From: the human T2T-CHM13v2.0 reference genome, Homo sapiens
DNA length: 64,000 bases
Assembly (NCBI RefSeq): GCF_009914755.1
Contig: NC_060938.1
Strand: one strand, 5' to 3'
Of the stretch, positions 52,457-64,000 are shown piece by piece (within the stretch, counting starts at the first letter, position 1; each line of letters starts with the position of its first letter). The translations under genes and the position numbers were made by a program. A model generated the notes under the pieces. The model did not search any database, was not told the origin of the DNA, and worked only from the letters and a program-made list of their open reading frames with translations.

Positions 52457-54471
52457 ATTGGGAAATGATGGACTGTTTGATGAATAGTGCAGGAAAATTG
52501 CTTTTGCTTCCAGAATAAGAGAGAATTAGAAATCCACCTCGCATCATTTACAAAAGTGTACTCTAAGTGGATTAAATATTTCAGTGTAAAAACAAAAACT
52601 CAGAAAAAAATGAAGAAACATCTCTATCTTCCTAAGTTAATCAAGAGTTCTTTTTTTAATACCAGATACATATATCTCAAATTAATAAAAGGACACAAGA
52701 CACAAATATCTTTTACTAAATTTACTAATGACACTATAGAAATTGAACATTTAAAACAATGAATATAGTCAAGAAGACATCTCTGTCCAGAATATCTACA
52801 AATATCTACAAAAACCTATAAGACAATAAGGAAAACATAGGCAGCCACAGAGAAAAAATTGACGAAGGATATAAATAAGAAATTCAGCAAAGAGAGAATC
52901 TGGACAACCAAAGACATCAAAAGATGCGCAACCTCAGTATATATCAGGGAGACAAATAACATAAGAATGGAACATTTAAAAAGGAAAACAAGTTGATAGT
53001 ACTAAGACTTGACAAGAATATGCATTAGTAGGACCTCTTAGGCACAGTTGGGGGAATTTAAATTGGTACAAAATACTTTGGAAAATAAATGGCAGTATCT
53101 GTTTAGATTGGAGACGTTCGTTATTCTGTGACCCAACAATTCCACTTCTAGCAGAACACCCTAGAGAAACTGTACATACAGGGAGTCAAGGGTAAGAATT
53201 TTCATTCTAGCATTGTTTGTAATGGCAAAAAACAGAAACCTAAATAACCAACAGGAGAATATATTAAAATTGTGATATATTCATACCTTCAAATACCATA
53301 TAGCAGTTAAAATGAATGAAGTAGAGATCCGTGTCACAACATAAAAATCTGAAAATGGCTGTGTTTAGCGTGGCAGTATGTTAGATATTGTATATCACAT
53401 GATGTACATAATATAAAGTTTAATATTAAGCAAAATAGCATAAATGATGATTATGGATAATGAAGACAAATATGCAATTTATATGAGAAGAATAAAATAC
53501 ATTAAAGTGGCAATTTGTTGACTTTGAGGAGAGAAAGGGAAGGAATGTTTGAGAAAGGGGTGAACGGGAGGCTTTAATTATATTAGTAATGATGAATTTG
53601 TATACCTAAATAAATAATGTTGACGATTCAACAAATGAAGGCCCTGTGATGATTGGGTACAGTTGTGTTTATTATGATGTGCCATCTTTTTCTGTATGCT
53701 GAATATTTTTTATAATTTAAAAAAGATTCAGAAATAACAGTCTTACCTCTCTCCAGGCATCCTTCTTTTTCTCCTAAAAAGGTCTATTAAAAATCCTTTC
53801 CATGATACTAATTTTGATAATTCTAATTTCATCTGCCTCAAGTGATAACTAACTTATAGGGCATCCCATAACTACGACTGTGATTGTGTGGTTGCCTGAA
53901 TGGAGTAGATTCAGATTTGAGGGCAAGTTCTTCAAGAGGTGAAGTTTTAATGAACTCTTTTCTTTTCTCTAAGCTGAAGCTGATTAAATAAAGGATTTTT
54001 CTAAATTCATATGCAACTTAAGGAAGTGTGACACAAATATACATCTACACACATACACTCATAGCTTAACATGCGGGGCGATGGACACAGCAGCCTCATG
54101 GGCCTGAACTGTCCCCAGCGGTGGCCATGGGCTGCTGAAGAAGGGAGCTCTGGTCTAGAATCTCCATAACTGAGAAGAACCCCCTGCAGCTATTCCAAGC
54201 TGGTAGCCTAACAGAAGAGAGGAAAATGGAAAAGATTAGTGTGACTTGACACGGATTACATCACCCGTACCTATGAGCTACTTTCAGAGATCGTTCCTCA
54301 GTTGGACTCAGGATGATAAAAATAAATAAATTAGTAAAGTGAGGATAAACAAGTAATGTAAAGGCAGAAAATTTTTAGTCATAAAATTACTCTAATTATC
54401 ATCCTAACTGTATTGTCATCATAATAGCCATAATATTGTACTTGTGTATAACTTTTGTGGTTTTTTGGTTT

Positions 54472-54767
<296 letters not shown>

Positions 54768-54781
54768 AGTTTTAAATAGAT

Positions 54782-54900
54782 TGGTAATACACTCTGGTGT
54801 GCCCAGGACAGTCTTGGTTTATATCTGTTGTCCTGGCTTAATTGTCTGTGTTACCTCCTTCCCCTCTCAAAGCTCTCTGGTTTGGACACCACCTTTTAAG
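54782..54900. mobile_element. MER94-like hAT-Blackjack MITE
   Basis: CCAGGACAGTCTTGGTTTATATCTGTTGTCCTGG...CTCTCAAAG...GGTTTGGAC. Confidence 0.65.
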
Positions 54901-55257
54901 TCATTTTTTTTTTTAAAGTCTTCATTTGAATTTTATCTTTGACACTGATTGGGAGAGCTGCGGTCTCCTGTTTTGTCTCCCTGAGCAGGTTTCCCTGCTG
55001 GCAACACTAAAGGTAACAGCGATGCACCTTCATCTCTTCCACCCTTAAGGCCAGTCTCCCACTAAGTCATGTTGATGTCCATCTTAAATCTCTCTCTTCT
55101 TGCCTCTTAACCCCTGGTCAAAGTTGCCATGTCTCTCATCAGGACAGGTTACATAATTCAATTCCTCTATCTAAGTCGGATCTAAAGGCAGCAGTGTGTA
55201 TAAACATGCTTTATAAACTGATGAAGCCCCATGCCATGTTAATAATTGTTTTCCTCT

Positions 55258-55563
55258 GTTTTTTGTTTGTTTGTTTGGTTTGGGTTTTGAGTGTCACCCT
55301 GTCACCCAGGCTGGAGTGCAGTGGTGCAATCATAGCTCACTGCAGTCTCAACCACCGAGCTCAGATGATCCTCCCATCTCAGCCCCCTCCCTAAGTAGCT
55401 GGGACTACAGGCACACACCACCACACCTGGTTAATGTTTGTAATTTTTGTAGAGACAGGGTTTCACCATGTTGCACGAGCTGGTCTCAGACTCTTGGGCT
55501 CAAGTTATCTGCTTGCCTCAGCCTCCCAAAGTGCTGGGATTACAGGCGTGAGACACTGTGGCC
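55258..55563 (-). mobile_element. AluJ
   Basis: GCAATCATAGCTCACTGCAG and CTCTTGGGCTCAAG are J-type; (TTTG)n tail. The 166-aa ORF 55271-55771 starts within it. Confidence 0.92.
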
Positions 55564-56654
55564 AGTCAGTACTTGTTATTTTTTATATTCTATCATTGTA
55601 TTTAGGATATTTTTCAGTCAATACTACATGCTAGGCACCGTGGTAGGCTCTGGGAGCAAGATGGTGAAGAAAGAGACAGTGTCATCAATGAGCTCACAGT
55701 CTATGATGATTGGCAACCACTCCTTACACAATCAGAAGAGTGGGTGTTATTATACTCATTTCCAGACATGAACACTTAGTAAAAGCTAAAGGATTTGATG
55801 GAGGTTGGAATAACAGAGCCAGGATTCCAGCTCATTCTTCCTCATCCCCATTCCTCTGTTGCCCTGTGTTTGCGATCTTCCTCCCAATGCCAACCATCAC
55901 TGTCACACAGAATAAGACTAGGGCAATGCCCTTATTCGGAGCCAGCTCTCTGTTTCTTGACAACTGCGTCCATGGCCCACCTGGAATTCCTCTTCCTCCA
56001 CCACTCATTCCTTTCCTGTGACTTTAGCCAAGTGACTACATTCTGGATGTTTCCATTTTCTTGCCAGGGAAAGGATATATTAATGCCTGCTAGTCAGGCT
56101 AACGCCAGGGTTAAATGAGCCAGGAATGAATGTGTGAGGGTGCTGAAGAGTTGGCTAACCTGACCCCTCTCTGCTGACTAACCCTGCCCTCCTTGATCTC
56201 ACTCACTAACCTCCGTATGTGCACCATGTGCTCGGCTCGGGACTTGATGCCTGGATACCAAGGTGCACACAGCTACATGACTCCTGCCTTCCTGAGCTTA
56301 CAGACAGAAAGACAGGCAATGGCCCATAAAGGCACTTCATGGAGAGTTCTAATCACAGCCAGCATAAGCACAGGGGTAAAAACACAGCGTCTCTAATGGG
56401 GAGGTTGACCTCACCTGGGGGGATCTTGAAGGCTTTCCTGGGCCTGTAAAAGCAGAACAAATATTTGAAGAATAAGAAGAAGCTAATTAGGAGAAACGGG
56501 TGTGGGTTATATTCCTGGCAGAAAGTTCAGGGTAAGCAAATGGCCTGCAGCCACATGAAGAATGACGAGGCTGAGCATAAAGCGGGAGGGCCAGGGTGGC
56601 ATGGCTGAGGCCAGAGGAGGTTGGAAGCTGTGCATAGGGGTTTCCGTCTGAAAT

Positions 56655-56798
56655 ACTTGGGTGTTTCTATAGAGAAACACCCCCTCCCAGATGTCCCTGG
56701 ACCATCTGAATTGAAACCTTTGAGGTGAAGCCTGGGCATGGGATGTTGAAATACCTTCCAGGAGAGTTTGATGCACAGTGAAGGTTGAGAACACCAGC
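56655..56798. mobile_element. MER5-like hAT MITE
   Basis: CTGAATTGAAACCT...GCCTGGGCAT...CCAGGAGAGTTTGATGCACAG...GGTTGAGAAC. Confidence 0.55.
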
Positions 56799-58556
56799 TG
56801 TTCTTAAAGCGTAAGAGCTGACCTCGCGAAGTGGAAGGCTAGTTCAGACAGAGGTCTCAGCTTGAGTGAAGGCCTAGTGGTGAGAAGCTGCCTGGTTTGT
56901 TGGGTCCTGGGAGCTGGCTGGTACCCGGGAGTGTCCCATGGAAGGCGATGGCCATCCAGGCAACAGGAGAAGAGCAGGGTCCTTGAGTGCAGTGGCAAGG
57001 AGGGGCCGGGGGGCTTCTCCCGAGTGCCTGGGAGACATCAGTCCTGGCTGGTGCCTAGCTGGGTGCCTGATGGACAGTCAGTGCCTAATTAGGAGACAGA
57101 GCATCTGACTCAAGTAAGGAAGCAGCAGATGGGTCAAAGACAGAGACCTAAATGGTGTTTACGGGCACGGAAGGCGCAGCCTGGGCCGCTCCATTTGGCC
57201 TGCCTTTGATCCTTAATCCCAGCCTCAGGTGGGTGCACCCTGAGCCAGACAGCTCTAATCAGGGCGACGGGGGTAATACAAGAGTTCAAGTGGAGCAGGG
57301 CCCAGAAGACAGAGAGAGCAAGAGAGAAGGGGGAAAAGATTCTTCACGGGATAAAATTACCAGCCAAGACAGAAGGCGAAGAGGCAGAGGGGCGGGCTCC
57401 CCCGCCCAGAAGGCAGCCCTGGCCACCCCCAGCCTCCACCCGGGCTGGAAGAGCAGATGCTCCCAGCCTGTGGTGTGAGCCCCAGAGGGGGGCTGGTCGC
57501 TCCCTGCAGTGAGCACAAGGGCAGGGTGGGAGACGGAGACGGGGTGAGGCCGGGGGAGCCTTCTGGAGTAAATGGCTGGAAGGAGGGAGGGGGCAGAAGC
57601 TGCTGGCCACCTTTGGCCACTGCAAACACTATCCCTTTTCCTCCTGTGATGTGAGTAACAACAAAAAATTAACACAGCCACAACTGCTGTTTGTGTTTAA
57701 AGCTTAATGAGAATTTTAAAATACGTATCTCAGTGATACTTAAATGAATACTTTCTTTCCAAAAAATAAATAAATAAAAAGAGAGAGAGAGACGAGGAGG
57801 GGGGGAAAACAAAGATGATGGCTTTGAGATTTACGCTGCCACTCATGCTTGGATGCCGATCACTTATCTGGATAATTAAGCAGTATCAGTGAGCAACCAG
57901 ATCCCTGAAACTTGATATTAATCCATCCCTCTTAATAGTAACACAGAGCCACAGCGGCAGAACTCAGCCGAGACTTCTAATCCCCCTTTGCTGGCGTTCC
58001 AGCATCAGCACCCAGCATTGCTTTCCCGAAGTGGCCGAGACATGCTATCAGCAGCTTAAACCTCATTTCGGCTTTGAATCAAAGTCTATTAGGGAAGTCT
58101 AAAAGAGTCAAGAGGCCTACAGATTCTGGAGAGAGGGAGTCATTCATCGTGGCTTTGCCAACAGGCCAGGGGTGAGGCAACTGGTTTTTAGGACTGTCTC
58201 TCCCTGAGGTGTGTGTGTAAACCAAAAGCTCTTTCCAAATTCAGGGCACCCGGGATTTTGCCACTTGTGTGTCTGTCTGGGCATTGGATCTCTAGGCCTG
58301 TCAGACAGGCCAACAGGCTTTGTGCCCCCCTAGGGTGGGGAGCAAATGTACACTGGTGTCCGTGTCAAATATCAGGGTTTGTGTCTGTTCACTTTCAGCC
58401 TGGTTTCTGTCTCTTGGCTCCATCTTCCCTTCCATTTCTCCCCTTTCTCTCTGGGTAAAACCTTGACTTCTGGTTCTTTGTCTTCTTATTCTGGGCTTAT
58501 TCTAAGTCCAGCTTGGTTTTTTGGGGGGATTTCAGGAAGTACAGACATATACAAGC

Positions 58557-58944
<388 letters not shown>

Positions 58945-59612
58945 CATTCAGTCAATAAAAGTTTCTTTCTATAGCCCATGGGGTTTCCAGGGAAGAGAAA
59001 GCAGAGGGAACTCATGGCAAGCAGAACCCACGGCCTTCCAGGCATCAGGACATTCAAGCAGCCATGTACCACTCAGTTCTTGCCACCCCGCTGCCTTGGT
59101 GGCAGGACATTGGAGCATCAGACTTCTCCCCTCACCTGAGGCTCTGCTATCCTATCATTCCAGTCACCCTCTGTGGCTGTCTCTGCTGCTCCTGCCTCAC
59201 CATCTACTTTTCTCTGGACATCCACATCAAATCCTCTGAAGAGGGACCCCAGTTGGTTCATTCAGACTCCACCCAGGAGGGGGACACTCAGTCTTCAGTG
59301 ACCTCATGGGGTCACCTTATAGCTGGATAGTCCCTGGGTGACAGCTTCTAGTGCAGATTTACTTCCAACATTCAATCAGTTTGGCAAAGAGGATTGAGAC
59401 CACACTGGACAGAGAAACATGGAAGCTCAAGCCAACAGAGTGTCTCAGAAGAGGGCTGTGGATGCTGTAGGCACTCGGAGCATCAGCAGTTCCTCTCCAG
59501 TATAGTTGAATTCAGCTGCCAGCTCTCTTTACTTTACATTACTGCAATGACAGCACTGTCTCTAGTTGCTTCCTGGGATGAGTTCTTGCATGCAAGTTGG
59601 TGCCCCAGGTAA

Positions 59613-59930
<318 letters not shown>

Positions 59931-60989
59931 AGTAACCCCTTTAAGAGAGGACAATATCAGCATTGGAAGGAATGGAGTTGCCCACTTGCAAAGTCCAAAG
60001 CGTTGATTCATAAGATCAGTGCAAACCAGAGGTTGAATCTGGTCCATGTGGAAGATCCCAGAGGCTAGGCTGCCTCAGGCTGGTAGGACACAAGAGAGGC
60101 CAGAAGTGATTCACAGTAATGTATACCCAAGGAGAAGTGCGAGGACATAGTTGAGGCATAAGGGATAATGCCAGGCAGAATTCTAGGACGAGGTCCAGCC
60201 ATGGAGGGCAAGTTGGATCGTGGAGCTTAGCTGAAGGCACAGGCTTTGAACACTCTTAAGGATTCCCCCATACAAATGCTAGCATGCCTCCCAAAGCAGC
60301 CAACTGGTCTAAATCCCCACTTAGTTGGCTCCACAGGAGGAAAGCAATGAACATGGAGGCTCTGTTGAACACACACATCAGGGCAATGGGATTAGAGCCA
60401 AACAAAGAAGATGCAGTGGCAGTGAGCTCAGAGGCCACATGAATTCAGCAGCCACATGTGTGTGGCAGAAACATGGGCCGTTTGAGGGATTCTCTGAAAG
60501 GCAGGTGTCCCATAGGTGGGTGAAACCCCAGGGCCAGGTACTCCCTGTCTCTCACTAACCTCCACAGGAGCCCTTTTCTCAACATTTCTTGTGCCCTTTT
60601 AAAAAATATCTTTACCCAGAAAATGTATTTTCTGAAATTTGAGAAAAATTGGGGGGAAATTCACATAACATAAAATCAGCCGTTTCAAAGTGAATGATTC
60701 TGTGGCATGGTAATTGTACAACATTGTGAATGTCCTTATGCTTTGTAACCCAATGTCCCACAGTCAGGGGTCTGAAGCTACTCCTCATCTCTTACATGGT
60801 CTCTCTCTCTCTCTGCAGCATAAGTGTCACCTTCCCCAAGGGAGCTTCCCTGACACCATGCCTGGTGCAAGAGGGAGCAAGAACTTATTTTTTTTTTTCC
60901 TGGATCTTCATTGCTTCCTTTAGGGGTTCCATGAGCCCTAAGGAAATAGCTGGCAAGCAGAAAGACAGTCTGTTTCCTTCCTTAGTGAG

Positions 60990-61188
60990 AGAGCTGGACA
61001 ATCCCTTACACCCATGTGTGCTCGCTCCTGGGAAACTGCTGCATCACACAATTTATTGTGATTTTGCCAGGTCTCTCCAGCAGCGGAGGCCTGCTCTCCA
61101 TGTACGACATGAAACTTCATGTGCAATCTGGGGGTGCAGTCCTGTACCCCCATGCAGGAGCAGATCTTTGGGGGAGAGAGGACACTTT
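60990..61188 (+). repeat. Copy 1 of a ~200-bp local direct repeat
   Basis: Aligns with 62553-62743; identical blocks AGAGCTGGACAATCCCTTACACC and ATTTATTGTGATTTTGCCAGGTCTCT. Confidence 0.92.
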
Positions 61189-61761
61189 GGGTTGCAGCTG
61201 AGGGTAGGGTGATCCAGGCCTAGAGAACCAGAACAGCCAAGGTGGGGAGTAGGAATAGTGTCTTCTGCCCTGGCAACCTTTTCAGGCCCTTCCCACCTGT
61301 AAGTATGTGTGGGCTCCTGACAACCTGGCGTTGGAAAGACCAAGGCAAGGAAACAGAGTGAAGATTGTCGGCTAGGTGACGTTATGGACCTAGAGTCACC
61401 TGGGGATTATGGGAACACAAAGAAACGGGCTGTCCATGAGCATGGATGGGAGATGTGGTTGAGGGAGCGTGAATTGTTTAGGTATCCAGGCCCAGCAAGG
61501 ACCTCAGGCAGAGGCTTTTAAACTAAGCTTCAAACACCAAGGGCATCTTCGGGAAGTTTCCCAAACCTGTGGAAACTGGGCAATATCACTGGTGCAATCC
61601 CAGCATGCTTAGGATTCACTGCTTATGTCCACCTTCTCAAACTCCTAGCTAAGGCTTGAAATGTCCCAGAAAAAAAAAAAGAACCATTTCTTAGCTTGGC
61701 AGTAAACATCATGTTTCTTAGATTGATGGTAAACATCATCTTGGCAAAGATAAGTAAGTCA

Positions 61762-61955
61762 AAGAAAGAAGGGAAGAAAAAAAGAGGGAGACAGAAAGAA
61801 AAGGAGGAAGGGAGAGAAAGAGAAGGAGAGATGGAGGGTTGGAGAGAAGGAAGGTGAGGAGGGAGAGAGGGAGGAAAGAAGGAAGGAAGAAAGGGAGTGG
61901 AGAGGGAGGGCAGCAGGGAGGGAGGGAGGAGAAGGAAGGAAAGAAAAGAAGAAAA
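61762..61955. repeat. Polypurine (GA-rich) low-complexity tract
   Basis: ~190 bp almost entirely G/A on the + strand. Confidence 0.9.
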
Positions 61956-62549
61956 TAACCATTTTTTTAGGCACACATTTGACTATGTTACATCTGCTTT
62001 AAACTATCCAGTGGCTCTCTGTTGGTCATCTGGAGAGACCCCCATCTTTGAGGGGCCCACAGTGCCCTGCGAGCTCTAGCAGCAATTTTCTTCTCCAGCC
62101 GCATCCTGCACCGGTTCCTGCCTCCCTGTTCCCTGTCTGCCATCTCAGCTTTCACTAGGGCTACTGAAGAGGCCTTTTTCTCCTCCTCTCAAACTGCTGC
62201 CCCCCACTCCAAAGTTTCTGCCTGAGCTACCTCTATTGCACCCAGATTCTGCTTAACCCTCAGATTCCAGTATAGAACATTCCCAGGATGCCTTTCCTGG
62301 CCATTCTTGACTAGATACAAGTCACAGTGGTTTTCTTTGGGAATTCACTAGTTTGTCCTTCAAGGCAGGTTGGGAGGGAACCAAGCCTATTTCTCTTACC
62401 ACAATCATGGATGCCCTGTGGCCATTTCTCTCTTTGGATATAAACACCCTTTTGGGGGGCTTTGGAATCTGAAGCTCAGACACAAGACCACTCTTCCCCA
62501 TTCCTGTATATGTGGTCTCAAGTGATAACTAAATTATAGGGCATCTAAA

Positions 62550-62764
62550 GACAGAGCTGGACAATCCCTTACACCAAGCTGTGTGCCCTCCTCCTGCATC
62601 ACATGATTTATTGTGATTTTGCCAGGTCTCTTCAGCTGAGGAGGCCTGCCCTCCATGTATCACATGAGACTTTACAAACAGTCTGGGGATGCTGTCCTGT
62701 ACCCGCATCCAGGAGTAGATCTCTGGGGGACAGAGGACATTTCTAAGTGACAGAGCTGGACAAT
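62550..62764 (+). repeat. Copy 2 of the ~200-bp local direct repeat plus the start of a third copy
   Basis: GACAGAGCTGGACAAT at 62550-62565 and 62749-62764 brackets the copy. Confidence 0.92.
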
Positions 62765-63239
62765 ATGTGGCATTAGGTTAAGCACATCAATAACTGCTCA
62801 TAATTATTTGGTTTTATTTTCTCACGAGTAAAGTGAACATAATAATATTGACCCTGAATATTTTTGAGACTTAGAGAGAAAGGATATAAAAAGATCTGAA
62901 GCAGTTGCAGAATGCAAAGCTCACCTGGTGAGCCCCAGCTGGCCCTGCAGACCTTCCTTAGATGGTTCCTGTAAGACCCTTCCATGCCTTTGTCCTCACC
63001 TCCCACCCCCAGGCCCCCGGGAGGGCCTGATAGCCGCATCGGCAAGGCAGCTTTTGGGAGTCCACTTCCTCTGCAGGGCCAACCCAGGCAGGGCAGGGAG
63101 AGCCGGGGCGGCTCCATCCTTTCATTTGTAAAATGATGAAGGGCCCATCTCTTCTGTGACACAGAGGAGGGTGACAGAGGGAGAGGCACACATGTATTGA
63201 CAACCCAGGGCCTTGCTACCTTTACCTTTTCGTTTCCTA

Positions 63240-63800
63240 TTTGTACAATAACGGTAAAATGTTTTTACAGAGTAAGCCAACGGTGCTACGGAAACCGAAT
63301 TAGAGCGTCCTTAATTAATATGTCAGAATATAAGAAATGATGAAAATATGTATAATTAAATTCTTGCACTAAAACAGGATTCGAAAATGCGACAAAAATA
63401 GCAGCGCGGCTTTTTTTTTTTTCTTATTTCCCCCTCCCTCCCCAATGGCCTCCCTCCTCTTTCCCTCCCGAAAAACAATAATAATAAAAAAAGAAGTGTG
63501 AAGGCTGTGGCAGCTGCTGCCTGCGTCGACCTCAAAGAACGATTGGGTCACTGGAGCTGACAGGCTGGTCACCCCCAAATTTAGACACAAATTGTCGAGA
63601 TTAAAAATTCTCCCCCAATCAGGTGCCGCCTGCCTTATTTTCATACAAAGATGCCGCAGGCTGTGTGCTATGACAGCTGGACGTGTTGGTTCCCATACAA
63701 GCTCACACAGTGATAAGGCTGTTCAAGACAGGTGCTTGGGAAAGCCAAACTCCTGAATAAATATACAATTACAGTAGGACAACATCGAGAGAGGGAGTTA
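63240..63800. promoter_or_regulatory. Candidate conserved non-coding/enhancer element
   Basis: Repeat-free, CpG-retaining, with TTAATTAAT, TGACAG, CAGCTG and CCAAT motifs. Function is inferred only. Confidence 0.4.
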
Positions 63801-64000
63801 TTTATTTCTTTATTTTAGCTCCCAGTGTGACACAAAGATGTCCGAGGGCATGACCCTGAATGTTGGTGAGGAAATTAACCTAGGTTTAAGGAAGAATGCA
63901 CCCGGCTCCATCGCCCCTACAACCCCCGAAACCAAAACATGACTGAGTCCCTCCAGACCCAATCCCCCTCTGTCTCCAGAAAGTCCTGGGGATGAACTGC

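Larger units (their letters stand above)
49690..53725 (+). mobile_element. Long, very old L1 (L1ME-like) ORF2/3' UTR with nested insertions
   Basis: A-rich sense L1 phrases throughout (TGCAGTTAAAGCA...GAAATTTATTG, AAGAAAATTACAGGCAATTTCATTTAT, CAGCAAGGTTGCTAGATACA, GACCCAACAATTCCACTTCTAG). Confidence 0.75.

Noticed and set aside
55271-55771. Longest ORF in the track (166 aa)
   Set aside because: It reads through an antisense AluJ and an L2 fragment; typical Alu-derived pseudo-peptide.
60730-61212. 160-aa ORF overlapping duplication copy 1
   Set aside because: No recognisable domain, crosses low-complexity runs, and indels in copy 2 suggest no coding constraint.
60990-62764. The 200-bp direct repeats as LTRs of a novel retroelement
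   Set aside because: No TG...CA termini, PBS, positioned PPT or outer TSD; the interior is ordinary sequence with a GA tract.

Overview
Primate (human-like) genomic DNA: AluJ/S/Y, L1PA, THE1 and MADE1 are all present. I find no supportable protein-coding gene, RNA gene or CRISPR array. The ORF track is explained by Alu, L1 ORF2, Tigger1 transposase and THE1-internal remnants, or by chance. Roughly half the window is interspersed repeat: a full-length decayed Tigger1, a complete two-LTR THE1 provirus with a 5-bp TSD, 13 Alus, many MIR/L2/L1M/MLT1 fragments and several hAT/mariner MITEs. These separate repeat-free islands rich in homeodomain, E-box, SOX and TCF motifs, which reads like a gene desert or long intron with distal enhancers. 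The most unusual structures are: (1) a 5'-inverted L1 whose poly(A) tail has become a ~1.3-kb near-palindromic AT minisatellite, still bracketed by its TSD; (2) a mosaic at 62517-62764 that appears stitched from two distant unique parts of the window; (3) a MADE1 (miR-548-type) hairpin split at its centre by an Alu; (4) three independent twin-primed L1 insertions; (5) a cluster of well-formed + strand exon candidates, at least one of them non-coding. Repeat family names come from my recollection of consensus sequences, not a database search. Boundaries of old elements are approximate, and I could not identify the chromosomal locus.
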